A DNA stretch of 64,000 nt from an uncultured Gammaproteobacteria bacterium (GCA_964629685.1 CAZVTT010000004.1:76-64075), one strand, 5' to 3'. Shown: positions 30,917 to 40,799, numbered from the stretch's first letter. Numbers and translations: made by a program. The notes: a model not told the origin generated them from the letters alone.

Positions 30917-32263
30917 ATGACTCTGCTGCGACGTGGTCGATACCTGTATTGGCTTACACGGGAACTGGTACGGAAATATACCAGATGGCTATTACTGGGA
31001 TTTGTCATAGGGCTTGGTTCGTCACTTTTGTTAGGGAATATTTATCCGTTTATTTTCCAACAATGGTTTTCTCCCATCCGCAGAATCGGTATTGTGGGAG
31101 AATTTACCCCTACAACACTTCCGCTTTCGATACAAAAGCATATTAGTTTTGGCTTAACTGAATTGCAGACGGACGGTTCCGCAGCCCCGGGACTGTCACG
31201 CTCCTGGGAATCTACGGATTCCGGCAAAACGTATACTTTTTATTTACGCAACGATTTGGAGTGGCATAATAAAAAACCGGTGGTCTCGCAGGATGTTAAC
31301 TATAATATCCGTAATGTTACTTTTGAACCCATAGACGCCCACACGTTACGCGTCACATTAAACGAACCGTACAGCCCGCTGCCCACACTTTTGGCTAAAC
31401 CGATTATTCAAAGCGGTCTGCGGGGATTCGGTCCGTATGAAGTCGGAAGAATCCGTTTAAAAGGCGATACAATCCAATCGCTTCGGCTAGTACCGGTGGA
31501 CGATAATTCACTTCCGGCGTTGGAATACCAATTCTACCGCACGGAAAGCCTCGCTACGCTTGCATATAAACTTGGTGACATAGACGTAATAGAAGACATT
31601 AGTTCCCCCGATTCATTAAAGGGGTGGGGCAAAACTGCCATTTCGGAAGAAACGAGGCATGACCGAATTGTTGCCCTGTATTTTAATTTACAGGATCAAC
31701 TTTTAGGAGAAAAAACTATACGGCAGGCTCTTGCATACAGTATCCCGGATTTAAATCAGGAACGGGCACACTCACCGATTGCGCAAACATCGTGGGCATA
31801 TTCCAACACTATCCGCCATTATACCTACGATCCTGAACATGCAAAAAAACTATTGGATTCAGCTAAAATAGGCAGCGACTCCGGCGAGTTAACAATCACT
31901 ACTTTTGCCCAATATGTCGATGTCGCCCAAACCATTGCGGACAGCTGGATAAAACTCGGCGTTAAGACCAACGTAAAAGTAGAAAACGCACTTAACGGAC
32001 AATATCAGATACTTTTAAGTGCCCAGGATATGCCCCCGGACCCGGATCAATACCCTTTCTGGCACTCACAACAGCAGCAAACCAACATTACCGGATACCT
32101 TAATTTAAAAATAGATAAACTTCTGGAGGATGGCCGTCGGGAACAGGACATAGTTAAGCGAAAGAAAATATATGCCGATTTTCAACGGTTTCTGGTAGAA
32201 GACATTCCCGTCATGTTTTTATATCATCCAAAAACATACCAGGTTGAACGGCAAAGTAATTAA
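30917..32263 (+). CDS. Peptide ABC transporter substrate-binding protein (family 5), membrane-anchored
   Basis: GKTYTFYLR..WH, GPY, IRQAL, DPDQYPFWHS, N-terminal TM. Confidence 0.85.
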   Translation: MTLLRRGRYLYWLTRELVRKYTRWLLLGFVIGLGSSLLLGNIYPFIFQQWFSPIRRIGIVGEFTPTTLPLSIQKHISFGLTELQTDGSAAPGLSRSWESTDSGKTYTFYLRNDLEWHNKKPVVSQDVNYNIRNVTFEPIDAHTLRVTLNEPYSPLPTLLAKPIIQSGLRGFGPYEVGRIRLKGDTIQSLRLVPVDDNSLPALEYQFYRTESLATLAYKLGDIDVIEDISSPDSLKGWGKTAISEETRHDRIVALYFNLQDQLLGEKTIRQALAYSIPDLNQERAHSPIAQTSWAYSNTIRHYTYDPEHAKKLLDSAKIGSDSGELTITTFAQYVDVAQTIADSWIKLGVKTNVKVENALNGQYQILLSAQDMPPDPDQYPFWHSQQQQTNITGYLNLKIDKLLEDGRREQDIVKRKKIYADFQRFLVEDIPVMFLYHPKTYQVERQSN

Positions 32264-32973
32264 CGCTCATCGTGCAGTCGGGATTTGGTCTGTTTCAGTA
32301 CGAATGCTCCCAAAAAACTATGAACGTACTGACGTAGCCCCGTAATAAGTCCGTACTTAAATCTTCTGCCGGATACTTCCACACCGGGTTTTCCGAAAAA
32401 ACGGATAGGTGAAATTTTATTAATCCGAAAACCCAACTCTACATCTTCCTGTTCACCCCATTCGCGCTTAAATCCGCCGGATTTGCTATATATGGATTTT
32501 CTGATCGCAAAATTAGAACCGGTCAGCCAATATTGACCAAATAGTAGTCTGTATACATGCATAAAGAGGGGCTGTAATTGGGTAAAACCGTAGTTAACTA
32601 CCGGTGAACTGTCTGATACATAACATGTGCCGGAAATTACGCCAATATTTTCGTCCTCAAACAAATGGGCAATGGTTTGAATCCAGGTGGATGGGATTAT
32701 AGTATCGGCGTCCGTGGAACAAATAACATCTCCCTCTGCGGCCGCAAACCCGGTAGCCCTGGCTGCCCCTCTGCTCTTGTACGGTTCAGGAATAACCCGA
32801 ATTTGAAGTGCAGACATATATTCTTTTACAACCGCTGCCGTATTATCCGTACTGGCATTATCCACTACGATAATTTCATACGGTATAGAGGTCTTTTGTG
32901 CTGCCAGACTTGCCAAACATGCGCCTATCTGTTTTTCTTCATTGAAAGCCGGTATTACTACGGATAATTTCAC
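32260..32973 (-). CDS. Glycosyltransferase family 2
   Basis: SVVIPAFNEE, VVDNASTD, DAD, ED motifs. Confidence 0.92.
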   Translation of the reverse strand: MKLSVVIPAFNEEKQIGACLASLAAQKTSIPYEIIVVDNASTDNTAAVVKEYMSALQIRVIPEPYKSRGAARATGFAAAEGDVICSTDADTIIPSTWIQTIAHLFEDENIGVISGTCYVSDSSPVVNYGFTQLQPLFMHVYRLLFGQYWLTGSNFAIRKSIYSKSGGFKREWGEQEDVELGFRINKISPIRFFGKPGVEVSGRRFKYGLITGLRQYVHSFLGAFVLKQTKSRLHDER

Positions 32974-33033
32974 GTATATAGGATAACAGAAGCCAAGACA
33001 TACACCAAGGCGGGATTAATAACCCATAGTAAA

Positions 33034-33062
33034 TTGACTGTAAAGACATATTCTGATACCAT
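33034..33062 (+). promoter_or_regulatory. sigma70-type promoter for the 33150 gene
   Basis: TTGACT-17 bp-TACCAT. Confidence 0.55.
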
Positions 33063-33149
33063 AAGCCTTCCGATCATTGAGTAATGCACGGTACAGCGTG
33101 AAACTGTTTTCATGGTGTGTTGTGCATTACTCGAGGAAAGGAATAGGGA

Positions 33150-33431
33150 ATGGGAACAGAAGAGGCATGGTTTATAGAACTCTCCCTCTATTGCGTCGTT
33201 TTAGTAATACCCATTCTTTCGCTTCTGGCCGTTGTATACGGATTCAGGGAAATCGCGGTGCGTCACAGATTATTTTATAAACTGGTTGGACTGCTCCTGG
33301 TATTGGTGGGCATTTTGGGTGCAATTGTTACGGTAACACACATACTTCCCGCCGCCGCCGAAGGGCTATCCAATATACAATCAAGTATCAGACCAGCACC
33401 GACACCGAACAACCCGTTCAACGGCGACTAA
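33150..33431 (+). CDS. Small hypothetical membrane protein (2 TM, Pro-rich tail)
   Basis: 93 aa, purine-rich RBS, own promoter and downstream hairpin. Confidence 0.65.
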   Translation: MGTEEAWFIELSLYCVVLVIPILSLLAVVYGFREIAVRHRLFYKLVGLLLVLVGILGAIVTVTHILPAAAEGLSNIQSSIRPAPTPNNPFNGD

Positions 33432-33436
33432 CATTT

Positions 33437-33496
33437 GTCAGACAGTGATAGCACTTCGCTTAACACGCGAGTAATGCGCACCTATCACTGTCTGAC
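33437..33496 (+). terminator. 15-bp perfect inverted repeat with structured loop (terminator-like)
   Basis: GTCAGACAGTGATAG / CTATCACTGTCTGAC followed by TTCTTATTTT. Confidence 0.6.
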
Positions 33497-33546
33497 TTCT
33501 TATTTTGTACTGTTTGTTATTTCCGGTTGTCCACATTTTTTGAAAG

Positions 33547-33563
33547 TACTACAATCTGTAGTA
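33547..33563. promoter_or_regulatory. BlaI/MecI-type operator 1
   Basis: Palindrome TACTACA-ATC-TGTAGTA overlapping the -10 (TACAAT) and the ATG of the repressor gene. Confidence 0.8.
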
Positions 33564-33934
33564 TGAAGATTAAACCATTGAGCGAACTTGAACAATCTGT
33601 TATGGAAATCGTCTGGAGTTTAGGTACGTGCACTGTCCGTGACGTCGTCGATAAGCTCACTGATTCCAAACCATTGGCATATACAACCATTGCTACCATA
33701 ATGAACCGACTAGTGGAAAAAGGAACCCTTCTGAAAAGTAGCGGGAGTATAAGTGCATATACTCCATGTATGTCCAAAGAAATGACAGGAAGAACGGTAG
33801 CCCAGTCATTTCTGAAAAATTTTTTCCGCTCGTACGGAGACTCTGCCGTCGTATCGTTTGCCGAATCAATAGACCAACTCCCGGCAGAAAAAAAGCAGCA
33901 CTTGTTAAACATACTCAAAGCACATGAAAAGTAA
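33563..33934 (+). CDS. BlaI/MecI/CopY family transcriptional repressor
   Basis: LSELEQSVMEIVW, TVRDV, LAYTTIATIMNRLVEKG. Confidence 0.92.
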   Translation: MKIKPLSELEQSVMEIVWSLGTCTVRDVVDKLTDSKPLAYTTIATIMNRLVEKGTLLKSSGSISAYTPCMSKEMTGRTVAQSFLKNFFRSYGDSAVVSFAESIDQLPAEKKQHLLNILKAHEK

Positions 33935-34934
33935 TGCCGGCAAATATATTATCTGGTTGCTCCTTGCGTGCGGTGGATTTTCCTTCCTGCTGATATCTGC
34001 GTTACATAAATTCCGACCCTTTTTCTTTAAATCTACGGTTTATTACTGCCAGGAAATTCTCAGAACAATGAGTGTTCAGCTGATTCCGAATTATTGGAGT
34101 CAGGCTCTGGTGTTTATTTCGCTACTATTTATCGGCTATATCGTAGTCAGGATGACAGTATTTTTAGCACAGTTTGTGATTCAAATCATATCTCTGCGAA
34201 AAAGAAGTATACCCGTTCCCCCAAAACTGAAACCGATACTGTCGCAACACCATTTAACAGCATATACGCAGGTATACCGGACGTCCAAACCCCTGGCGTT
34301 TTGTTTCGGTACTACAAACGCAAAAATATATATATCTACCGGATTAATATCGCTGCTTACCGGTAAGGAATTAGAAGCGGTACTGTTACATGAAAAATAT
34401 CATCTGGATCACCATGACACGTTTTTTTCCATCCTTACGACTGTACTCGAACATTGTTTTCCTTTTTTTCCGTTGGTGGGGGATATAGCTCACCGATATT
34501 ACATTGCGCGCGAAGTATTAGCGGATGCGTCGGTACTTTCCCAATGTAAACGAGGTAAACAAAGAATCCTTTCCGTCCTAAGAAAACTACTGGAAGTAGA
34601 ACCGAATCACATGTCAACATTATTTCCGGCCGTTGGTTCTGCAGATACGCTGGAGACCAGAATTGCAGTCTTAATGGACACTACTCCTCCGTCCCGGAGA
34701 TTTTCGCTAAATAGCATACTATTAAGCGGTATATCCGCGTTGGTATTACTGGTATTAAATTTATCTCCGGTACAGGCAATCGAAATGTCTGACAAGGGCT
34801 CAGGTTCGGTTATGATGTGCTTCAGTGCCGGGGAATGTACAACGTGGTGCAAAGAAACATCAGCACATCTTCCTGTTCCGGAAGAGAATACATCCAAACC
34901 ACAGTTTTCGGCTGAACTTTTTTCAAAAAACTAA
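33924..34934 (+). CDS. M56 family (BlaR1-like) membrane metallopeptidase without penicillin-binding domain
   Basis: AFCFG, ELEAVLLHEKYH (HExxH), EVLAD; three TM; short Cys-containing tail. Confidence 0.88.
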   Translation: MKSNAGKYIIWLLLACGGFSFLLISALHKFRPFFFKSTVYYCQEILRTMSVQLIPNYWSQALVFISLLFIGYIVVRMTVFLAQFVIQIISLRKRSIPVPPKLKPILSQHHLTAYTQVYRTSKPLAFCFGTTNAKIYISTGLISLLTGKELEAVLLHEKYHLDHHDTFFSILTTVLEHCFPFFPLVGDIAHRYYIAREVLADASVLSQCKRGKQRILSVLRKLLEVEPNHMSTLFPAVGSADTLETRIAVLMDTTPPSRRFSLNSILLSGISALVLLVLNLSPVQAIEMSDKGSGSVMMCFSAGECTTWCKETSAHLPVPEENTSKPQFSAELFSKN

Positions 34935-34962
34935 CTCGCACTTGACAGAAGCCGGTCGCGAT

Positions 34963-34979
34963 TACTACAGTATGTAGTA
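34963..34979. promoter_or_regulatory. BlaI/MecI-type operator 2 in the dsbA promoter
   Basis: TACTACA-GTA-TGTAGTA, same arms as operator 1; TTGACA at 34942. Confidence 0.8.
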
Positions 34980-35009
34980 GTATTCGTCATTAATAAAGGA
35001 AATAATTTT

Positions 35010-35756
35010 ATGCCTGAAACACATGGAAAATTTTCATTCGGAAACGGAGTACATCCGCTTCTCGTTTTAGTATTAATCGGCATGTCATTTGCCATCGGTT
35101 CACTTTGGAGCAAGGTACAGTATTTGGAGAAAGGCGGATCGGTCGCAGCAGCGCCTGTTGCCGCTGACCCGAATGCTGCGCCGGCACAACCTCAGGCAGC
35201 ACTAAAAAAACCTGAAGTTACCGCAGCTGATCACTTCCGCGGTAATAAAAACGCCAAGGTAACCTTAGTAGAGTATTCGGATTACGAATGTCCGTTTTGT
35301 AAACAATTTCATCCGACCATGCAGCAAGTCATGAAAGAATACGGCGATCAAGTGAAATGGGTGCTGCGTGATTATCCGCTTTCATTCCATGCCAACGCAC
35401 AAAAAGCTGCTGAAGCGGCAGAATGTGTGGCAAAAAACGGCGGTGAAGATGCATTTTGGAAATTTACCGATCTTTATATAGAAAGAACCACTGCAAATGG
35501 CACTGGATTTCCACTGGATAAACTGGCTGATCTGGGTGCCGAAGCCGGGGCAAACAAGGCGTCCGTACAGAAATGTTTAGATAGCGGAGAAATGACGCAG
35601 AAAGTGAAAGACGAGATGGCGGCCGGAACCAGCGAAGGAGTGCAGGGTACACCCGGAACCATTATCATCGACAGCAAAGGCGGTACGCAATTAATACCGG
35701 GGGCCCTTCCCTTTGAACAAGTGAAACCAATGATCGATGCAGCCTTAAAAGTGTAG
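35010..35756 (+). CDS. dsbA: DsbA family thiol-disulfide oxidoreductase
   Basis: N-terminal TM, EYSDYECPFC, cis-Pro GTP. Confidence 0.9.
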   Translation: MPETHGKFSFGNGVHPLLVLVLIGMSFAIGSLWSKVQYLEKGGSVAAAPVAADPNAAPAQPQAALKKPEVTAADHFRGNKNAKVTLVEYSDYECPFCKQFHPTMQQVMKEYGDQVKWVLRDYPLSFHANAQKAAEAAECVAKNGGEDAFWKFTDLYIERTTANGTGFPLDKLADLGAEAGANKASVQKCLDSGEMTQKVKDEMAAGTSEGVQGTPGTIIIDSKGGTQLIPGALPFEQVKPMIDAALKV

Positions 35757-35758
35757 TC

Positions 35759-36796
35759 ATGAACATTTCCGCAATTTTCCTGACCGGTCTTTTCGCTGGA
35801 GGACTTACATGCCTAGCAGTGCAGGGCGGATTGCTGGCAACGTCTATTGCGCAACAAAAAAACGCAGAACTAACAGAAACCGCAGATAAGACAGGGCACA
35901 TTGTCCCTGTCTTATCTTTTCTGTTTATGCGGCTGGTAGCCTATACATTGCTGGGTATTCTGCTTGGCATGGTAGGTTCATACGTCCAATTATCCGTCAC
36001 GACCAGCATGGTGCTGCAGTTGGCGGTAGCACTATTTATGCTGGGAACAGCATTAAATTTATTGCAGGTTCATCCCATCTTCCGCTATTTTGTCATATCT
36101 CCTCCAAGATTTCTCACAAAACTTGTCCGGAATCAGTCAAAAAGCCAGTCGGTATTTGGCCCGGCGCTTCTGGGATTTTTTACGGTATTTATTCCCTGCG
36201 GAGCTACCCAGGCCATGATGGCGTACGCAATATCGACAGGATCACCATTTTCCGGAGCACTTACGATGTTTACCTTTATACTGGGAACCTCTCCACTATT
36301 TTTTCTTTTAGGTTATGCAGCTAAGCGCCTCGGTCAGACGTTTAGCGGAATATTTAATCAGGTAGCAGCGGCGGCTATAATTCTGGTCGCGCTTTATAAC
36401 TTAAATGGCGCAATTGCTCTTACTGGTACCGCATATACGTTTCAGGGAATACTTTCTGCCGTAACTTGCACCATCAGCTTTTGTGATACAAACACAGTTA
36501 CCTCCCCGCAAACCGCCACCATCGTAAACGAAGCCACAATTATATTTCATAAAAGCGGATATGAACTTGAACCGAAAAATATTGCGGTAAAAGCAGGAAC
36601 AGACGTTAAAATTAAGCTGATAAATGAGGATGGCGACGGCTGCATCCAAGCATTTACCATCCCAAAACTTAACATCCAGCGAATCGTGAGGATAGGCGCC
36701 ACCGATGAAGTAAACATTACCGTTCCCGAAAAAACCGAACAATTGGCGTTTACCTGCAGTATGGGCATGTACCGAGGCTTCATCCCGGTTCTATAG
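35759..36796 (+). CDS. DsbD_2/TauE-like membrane protein with C-terminal cupredoxin domain
   Basis: GGLTCLAVQGG, FIPCG, C-terminal GC...FTCSMGMY. Confidence 0.85.
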   Translation: MNISAIFLTGLFAGGLTCLAVQGGLLATSIAQQKNAELTETADKTGHIVPVLSFLFMRLVAYTLLGILLGMVGSYVQLSVTTSMVLQLAVALFMLGTALNLLQVHPIFRYFVISPPRFLTKLVRNQSKSQSVFGPALLGFFTVFIPCGATQAMMAYAISTGSPFSGALTMFTFILGTSPLFFLLGYAAKRLGQTFSGIFNQVAAAAIILVALYNLNGAIALTGTAYTFQGILSAVTCTISFCDTNTVTSPQTATIVNEATIIFHKSGYELEPKNIAVKAGTDVKIKLINEDGDGCIQAFTIPKLNIQRIVRIGATDEVNITVPEKTEQLAFTCSMGMYRGFIPVL

Positions 36797-36805
36797 CAAC
36801 ATCTT

Positions 36806-37336
36806 TTAGGTTTCGTTTACCACGTGGGAAGATACGGTTACTATGTTGGATTGCTCCAAAATTAAATTCGTATACAGTATTCCGCCCGCACCGTAAACCA
36901 CGTGCTTAAAATAATACCGGGAAGCAGGAAATATATTTTCCATTCTGGATAAGTTTGCCAGCGGAATCCATGCGGAAATACCTTCACTTGTCGTTGGCAA
37001 TTTATCAGGTCGCTCGGAAATGACCGCCCTAAATATATACAGAACATAGAGCTCGTTTCTATCCCTATGTCTGTGAAAGGCAACTGATTTCAGTTGGAGC
37101 TGTTTAGGTGTAACGGTAATACCCGTTTCTTCCTTCACTTCCCGTACGGCAGTTGTGAGCGCATCCTCTTCCGCGTCTATGTGTCCACCCGGACCAATCC
37201 AGTAACCGGGAAATGTTTTTTTAGTTTCGCTCCGTTTATGGAGCAACACACAATCTTCATGAAGAATGTAGACTTCCGAACCTAAAATAACCGTTCCGGT
37301 ATCCTGTAAATATGAAGCTTTACCGTCGCTACTCAT
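36806..37336 (-). CDS. NUDIX hydrolase (MutT-like)
   Basis: GGHIDAEEDALTTAVREVKEETGI. Confidence 0.88.
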   Translation of the reverse strand: MSSDGKASYLQDTGTVILGSEVYILHEDCVLLHKRSETKKTFPGYWIGPGGHIDAEEDALTTAVREVKEETGITVTPKQLQLKSVAFHRHRDRNELYVLYIFRAVISERPDKLPTTSEGISAWIPLANLSRMENIFPASRYYFKHVVYGAGGILYTNLILEQSNIVTVSSHVVNET

Positions 37337-37375
37337 ACATGCTTTTTACAACGTTCGAATACGGTATCCCTGCGA

Positions 37376-37852
37376 TTATTGCACCTGAAGAACCGTATAT
37401 TTCACCAATCCGGCTGGTATCCGGACTTCTATAACATCACCACTTCGTTTTCCCAGTAGGGCCCGACCGATAGGGGATATATAGGAAATAGTTCCCTGTG
37501 CCGGATTTGATTCATATCCACCCGCTACGGTATAACGAAATTCCTGTTTGCCGTCTGTCATCACAACAGAGCTTCCTATTTCCACTACGCCTTTATGAAC
37601 CGTCTCGACAATAACTCCGAGCCTGATAAGCCTGTCTACTCTTCTAATTTGTGCATCCAAAAAAGATAACCTGGCGCGGGAGGCTTTATAGTATCCGTTT
37701 TCAGAGAGATCACCCATTTCCCGGGATTTGCGGAGATGTTCTACTGCTTCGGGACGGGATGCCATCAACTCCTGCTTCTCTTGCAGAACTTTAGCATACC
37801 CTTCTTTCGTAAACGGTATCCTGGCTTCTTTGGGGCGTTGTATTTGCTTCAT
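37376..37852 (-). CDS. greA: Transcription elongation factor GreA
   Basis: GDLSEN, ISYISPIGRALLG. Confidence 0.92.
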   Translation of the reverse strand: MKQIQRPKEARIPFTKEGYAKVLQEKQELMASRPEAVEHLRKSREMGDLSENGYYKASRARLSFLDAQIRRVDRLIRLGVIVETVHKGVVEIGSSVVMTDGKQEFRYTVAGGYESNPAQGTISYISPIGRALLGKRSGDVIEVRIPAGLVKYTVLQVQ

Positions 37853-37937
37853 ATACGAATATCCCTTACGTTTGTCATCCTAACAGGATAAAGCACTGGG
37901 TGCAATGTACCCAAACTTATCTGCTATAATCCGCACT

Positions 37938-38768
37938 ATGAGCTGGAGAACACCGGAAACGGGAATTAAACCCACCCTAAAAAGTCGCGCCGCTGAATTT
38001 ATTTATCATCACCTAAATGATAAATATGAACTGAAAATTTCTGATCGCAGTGCACACAACATGTCGGAAGCAAACAAGATACTTTCCGATAGTGCTCTCG
38101 TTGTTTATATAAATCATATTTTTTCCCGGGATGCCAAAATCATGATTCCATTAGTTTTAACACTACCGAACGTGCGGAGTGTAATGGGACCGGTAGGAAT
38201 GAAGCACTACGATTTTTCCCGGGATCCGGTAAATGCCGTTTTTTTCCGCTCCTTACGAGTATTCGGTATTCATGCAGCTCCTGTTGTACAAAACAGTGAT
38301 GTATACCAATATGGACAGGAACAGAAACAGGGTATGATTATTAATCTGAAACAGTACACTTCCGATTTGTTGAACAGAGCCGGAACACTCTATGGAATAG
38401 CACCTGAAGGCACCAGAAATCCCAGTGGACAGTTACAACGGGCAAATCGGGGAATTGGTTATCTCGAATCGTATGTGCAACCGGACCAGCATCTTCACTA
38501 TTTACCGGTCGGTCTGGTATATCCTGAACATGATACAAATCCGCGGATAATCGTATCAGAACCGTTTACTTTATCGGATATTTTACCTGCGGAGGTTAAC
38601 TTCGCATCCGATCCGAAAGAGCATGCACAACAGATTTCTGATGTATTAATGACTGTGTTAGCCCGTAGTCTTCCTGAACACATGAGAGGTGTATACGGAA
38701 ATCCCGAAACGATATTAGATCCCTTAGGAATCAGGGAAAACCAACTCCACTATCCGTTACACGAATAA
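37938..38768 (+). CDS. PlsC-like glycerolipid acyltransferase (paralog 1)
   Basis: NHxxxxD (NHIFSRD) and PEGTR; start placed 7 nt after TATAAT. Confidence 0.72.
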   Translation: MSWRTPETGIKPTLKSRAAEFIYHHLNDKYELKISDRSAHNMSEANKILSDSALVVYINHIFSRDAKIMIPLVLTLPNVRSVMGPVGMKHYDFSRDPVNAVFFRSLRVFGIHAAPVVQNSDVYQYGQEQKQGMIINLKQYTSDLLNRAGTLYGIAPEGTRNPSGQLQRANRGIGYLESYVQPDQHLHYLPVGLVYPEHDTNPRIIVSEPFTLSDILPAEVNFASDPKEHAQQISDVLMTVLARSLPEHMRGVYGNPETILDPLGIRENQLHYPLHE

Positions 38769-38824
38769 AACGATTTTCTTACTCCGACAGGAAAAAATAC
38801 GAATATTTGCTATAATGCGACCTT

Positions 38825-39703
38825 ATGACTTGGAATTCACGAGAAAACGAACGCGCCAGACGTACGGTTAAAAGCCGAATAGCGGAGAAAGCCTTCAACG
38901 TCATTAACCGCGCCTATAAATTAGAAATATATCCGGAGCATTCTGCTAACCTTCAGGAAGCTGACCGACGGCTTAGACATAATCCAGTTGTTATTTATAG
39001 CAATCACGTACGAAGCGGAGATTTAAAATTGATGACGCCTATCCTGCTCAGTATGCAAAACGCACAACGGATTGCCGGACCGGCAGGCATGAAACATTGG
39101 GATCTTCACCGCGATGCAATTAACGGTACATTATTGCGTTCACTCAGGTTAGTCGGCATTCGATCAATACCAGTAGTTCAACCGGACGACCCGTATCCCT
39201 ATGAGGATAAGCTTAAAACACACCTTTTACTGAATTTTACCCGCAGAACCGCGTCGTTGTTAAATCAACCGGGTACCCTGTACGGAATAGCGCCTGAAGG
39301 TACCAGAAATCCTGCAGGGATTATTCAACGGGTTTCTCCGGGGATAGGTATGTTCGAATCTTTCATGAAAGCACCCGATATGCAGATAACGTATCAACCT
39401 ATCGGTTTCGTATACCGGGAACAAGATCCCGAAGAACCCAGGATAGTTATCGCACCACCATTTACGCTTTCCGAATTACTCCCCGAATCGAACCTAACGT
39501 TGCTTCACGGATTAAAACGGCAACAGCGGGCACAGATCACCGCAGATCTGCTGATGACAGTACTCGCGGAACAATTACCCGATCATATGCGTGGGGTGTA
39601 TGGGGATCCGGAAGAAATGCTTAAACCTATTGGTATGACTCAGCCTTTGCTTGATGCTGCCATTTTTGAGCTCCCCAGCAGCCAAGAGGTATTCGCTTCG
39701 TAA
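38825..39703 (+). CDS. PlsC-like glycerolipid acyltransferase (paralog 2)
   Basis: NHVRSGD and PEGTR; shares GMKH.D, GTLYGIAPEGTRNP and LP.HMRGVYG with paralog 1. Confidence 0.72.
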   Translation: MTWNSRENERARRTVKSRIAEKAFNVINRAYKLEIYPEHSANLQEADRRLRHNPVVIYSNHVRSGDLKLMTPILLSMQNAQRIAGPAGMKHWDLHRDAINGTLLRSLRLVGIRSIPVVQPDDPYPYEDKLKTHLLLNFTRRTASLLNQPGTLYGIAPEGTRNPAGIIQRVSPGIGMFESFMKAPDMQITYQPIGFVYREQDPEEPRIVIAPPFTLSELLPESNLTLLHGLKRQQRAQITADLLMTVLAEQLPDHMRGVYGDPEEMLKPIGMTQPLLDAAIFELPSSQEVFAS

Positions 39704-39743
39704 TTAGGGTAACGGACTGAAATACTGTACAATATAAATAGGT

Positions 39744-40142
39744 ATGGCCGATTCCCTGGAAGCCTTCCTGTCCTGCTTGCCGGATAACACGCAAGAAATT
39801 ACCCGGTATCTCCGTGTTTTGGTAAAAAAAATCATGCCGCAGGCACACGAATTCATATACGGAGAAGCCATCAATTACTCACTAACCGAATCTGCGTTTG
39901 ACCGGATATGTCAGATATCACCGCAAAGCGAATCCGTTATGGTTAAATTTTTTTTCGGAAGTAGCCTATTTGATCCGAAACACGTATTAAAAGGAAATGG
40001 CACCCGCATGAGGCACATACGGATACGTACAATCCGTGAGGCCTCGGCTACCGAACTGGCTCAGCTTCTAAAAGATTCCTGGAGGGATGCCCCGCATAAT
40101 ACCGACCAACTTCACGCCAGAAGACGGAAGCATACCCCCTAA
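39744..40142 (+). CDS. DUF1801-like protein
   Basis: LFDPKHVLKGNGTRMRHI-type C-terminal motif. Confidence 0.7.
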   Translation: MADSLEAFLSCLPDNTQEITRYLRVLVKKIMPQAHEFIYGEAINYSLTESAFDRICQISPQSESVMVKFFFGSSLFDPKHVLKGNGTRMRHIRIRTIREASATELAQLLKDSWRDAPHNTDQLHARRRKHTP

Positions 40143-40145
40143 CAT

Positions 40146-40799
40146 ATGCAGAACTTCCTTACAAAGCTGCATGCGCTGCTGAATAATAGACACCTGCAAA
40201 TAGCATCAAACTATCACCAGGAAATTCACATTGGTCGATCGTATGGCAATCAAACCCTCTTTACCGGAACTACGTCACAAAGTGGAGGAGAATATTTACC
40301 GATGTGGAAAGCCGCAGTAAACGCTGTAAAACTATCACTTCCAAACGCCAAATCATTCCTCGTATTGGGAGTGGCTGGAGGAACCGTTATAACCGCTCTC
40401 AGGGAGGCATATCCGGATTCCGTTATAACCGGAATTGAAATAGATCCGCAAATGATAGCTACCGGCAACTCCGTGTTCGGTCTTAAATCGATAACCCGGT
40501 TTTCCCTAATTAACGCTGACGCCTTTGTCTGGCTTAAACGGATCAGGACGACATACGATGTCATCATTACGGATCTCTATATAAATGATCAGAACCCAAT
40601 GGAAGCACATTCAACAAATTTTCTGGTAACGTTAAAACAACACTTGAAGCAAAAAGGCATAATTGTGTTTAACCGTGACTACAGTGTAAAAAGCATACAA
40701 TCGTTTACTGATTTTGAAAAACTCTGTAACGAACATTTCTCCGCAGTTTCAGTAATTTTTAGTTTTCCCAAAAATAGAATTCTGTTACTGGAAAAGTAG
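40146..40799 (+). CDS. Class I SAM-dependent methyltransferase (spermidine synthase-like)
   Basis: LVLGVAGG, GIEID, DA, YDVIITD. Confidence 0.78.
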   Translation: MQNFLTKLHALLNNRHLQIASNYHQEIHIGRSYGNQTLFTGTTSQSGGEYLPMWKAAVNAVKLSLPNAKSFLVLGVAGGTVITALREAYPDSVITGIEIDPQMIATGNSVFGLKSITRFSLINADAFVWLKRIRTTYDVIITDLYINDQNPMEAHSTNFLVTLKQHLKQKGIIVFNRDYSVKSIQSFTDFEKLCNEHFSAVSVIFSFPKNRILLLEK

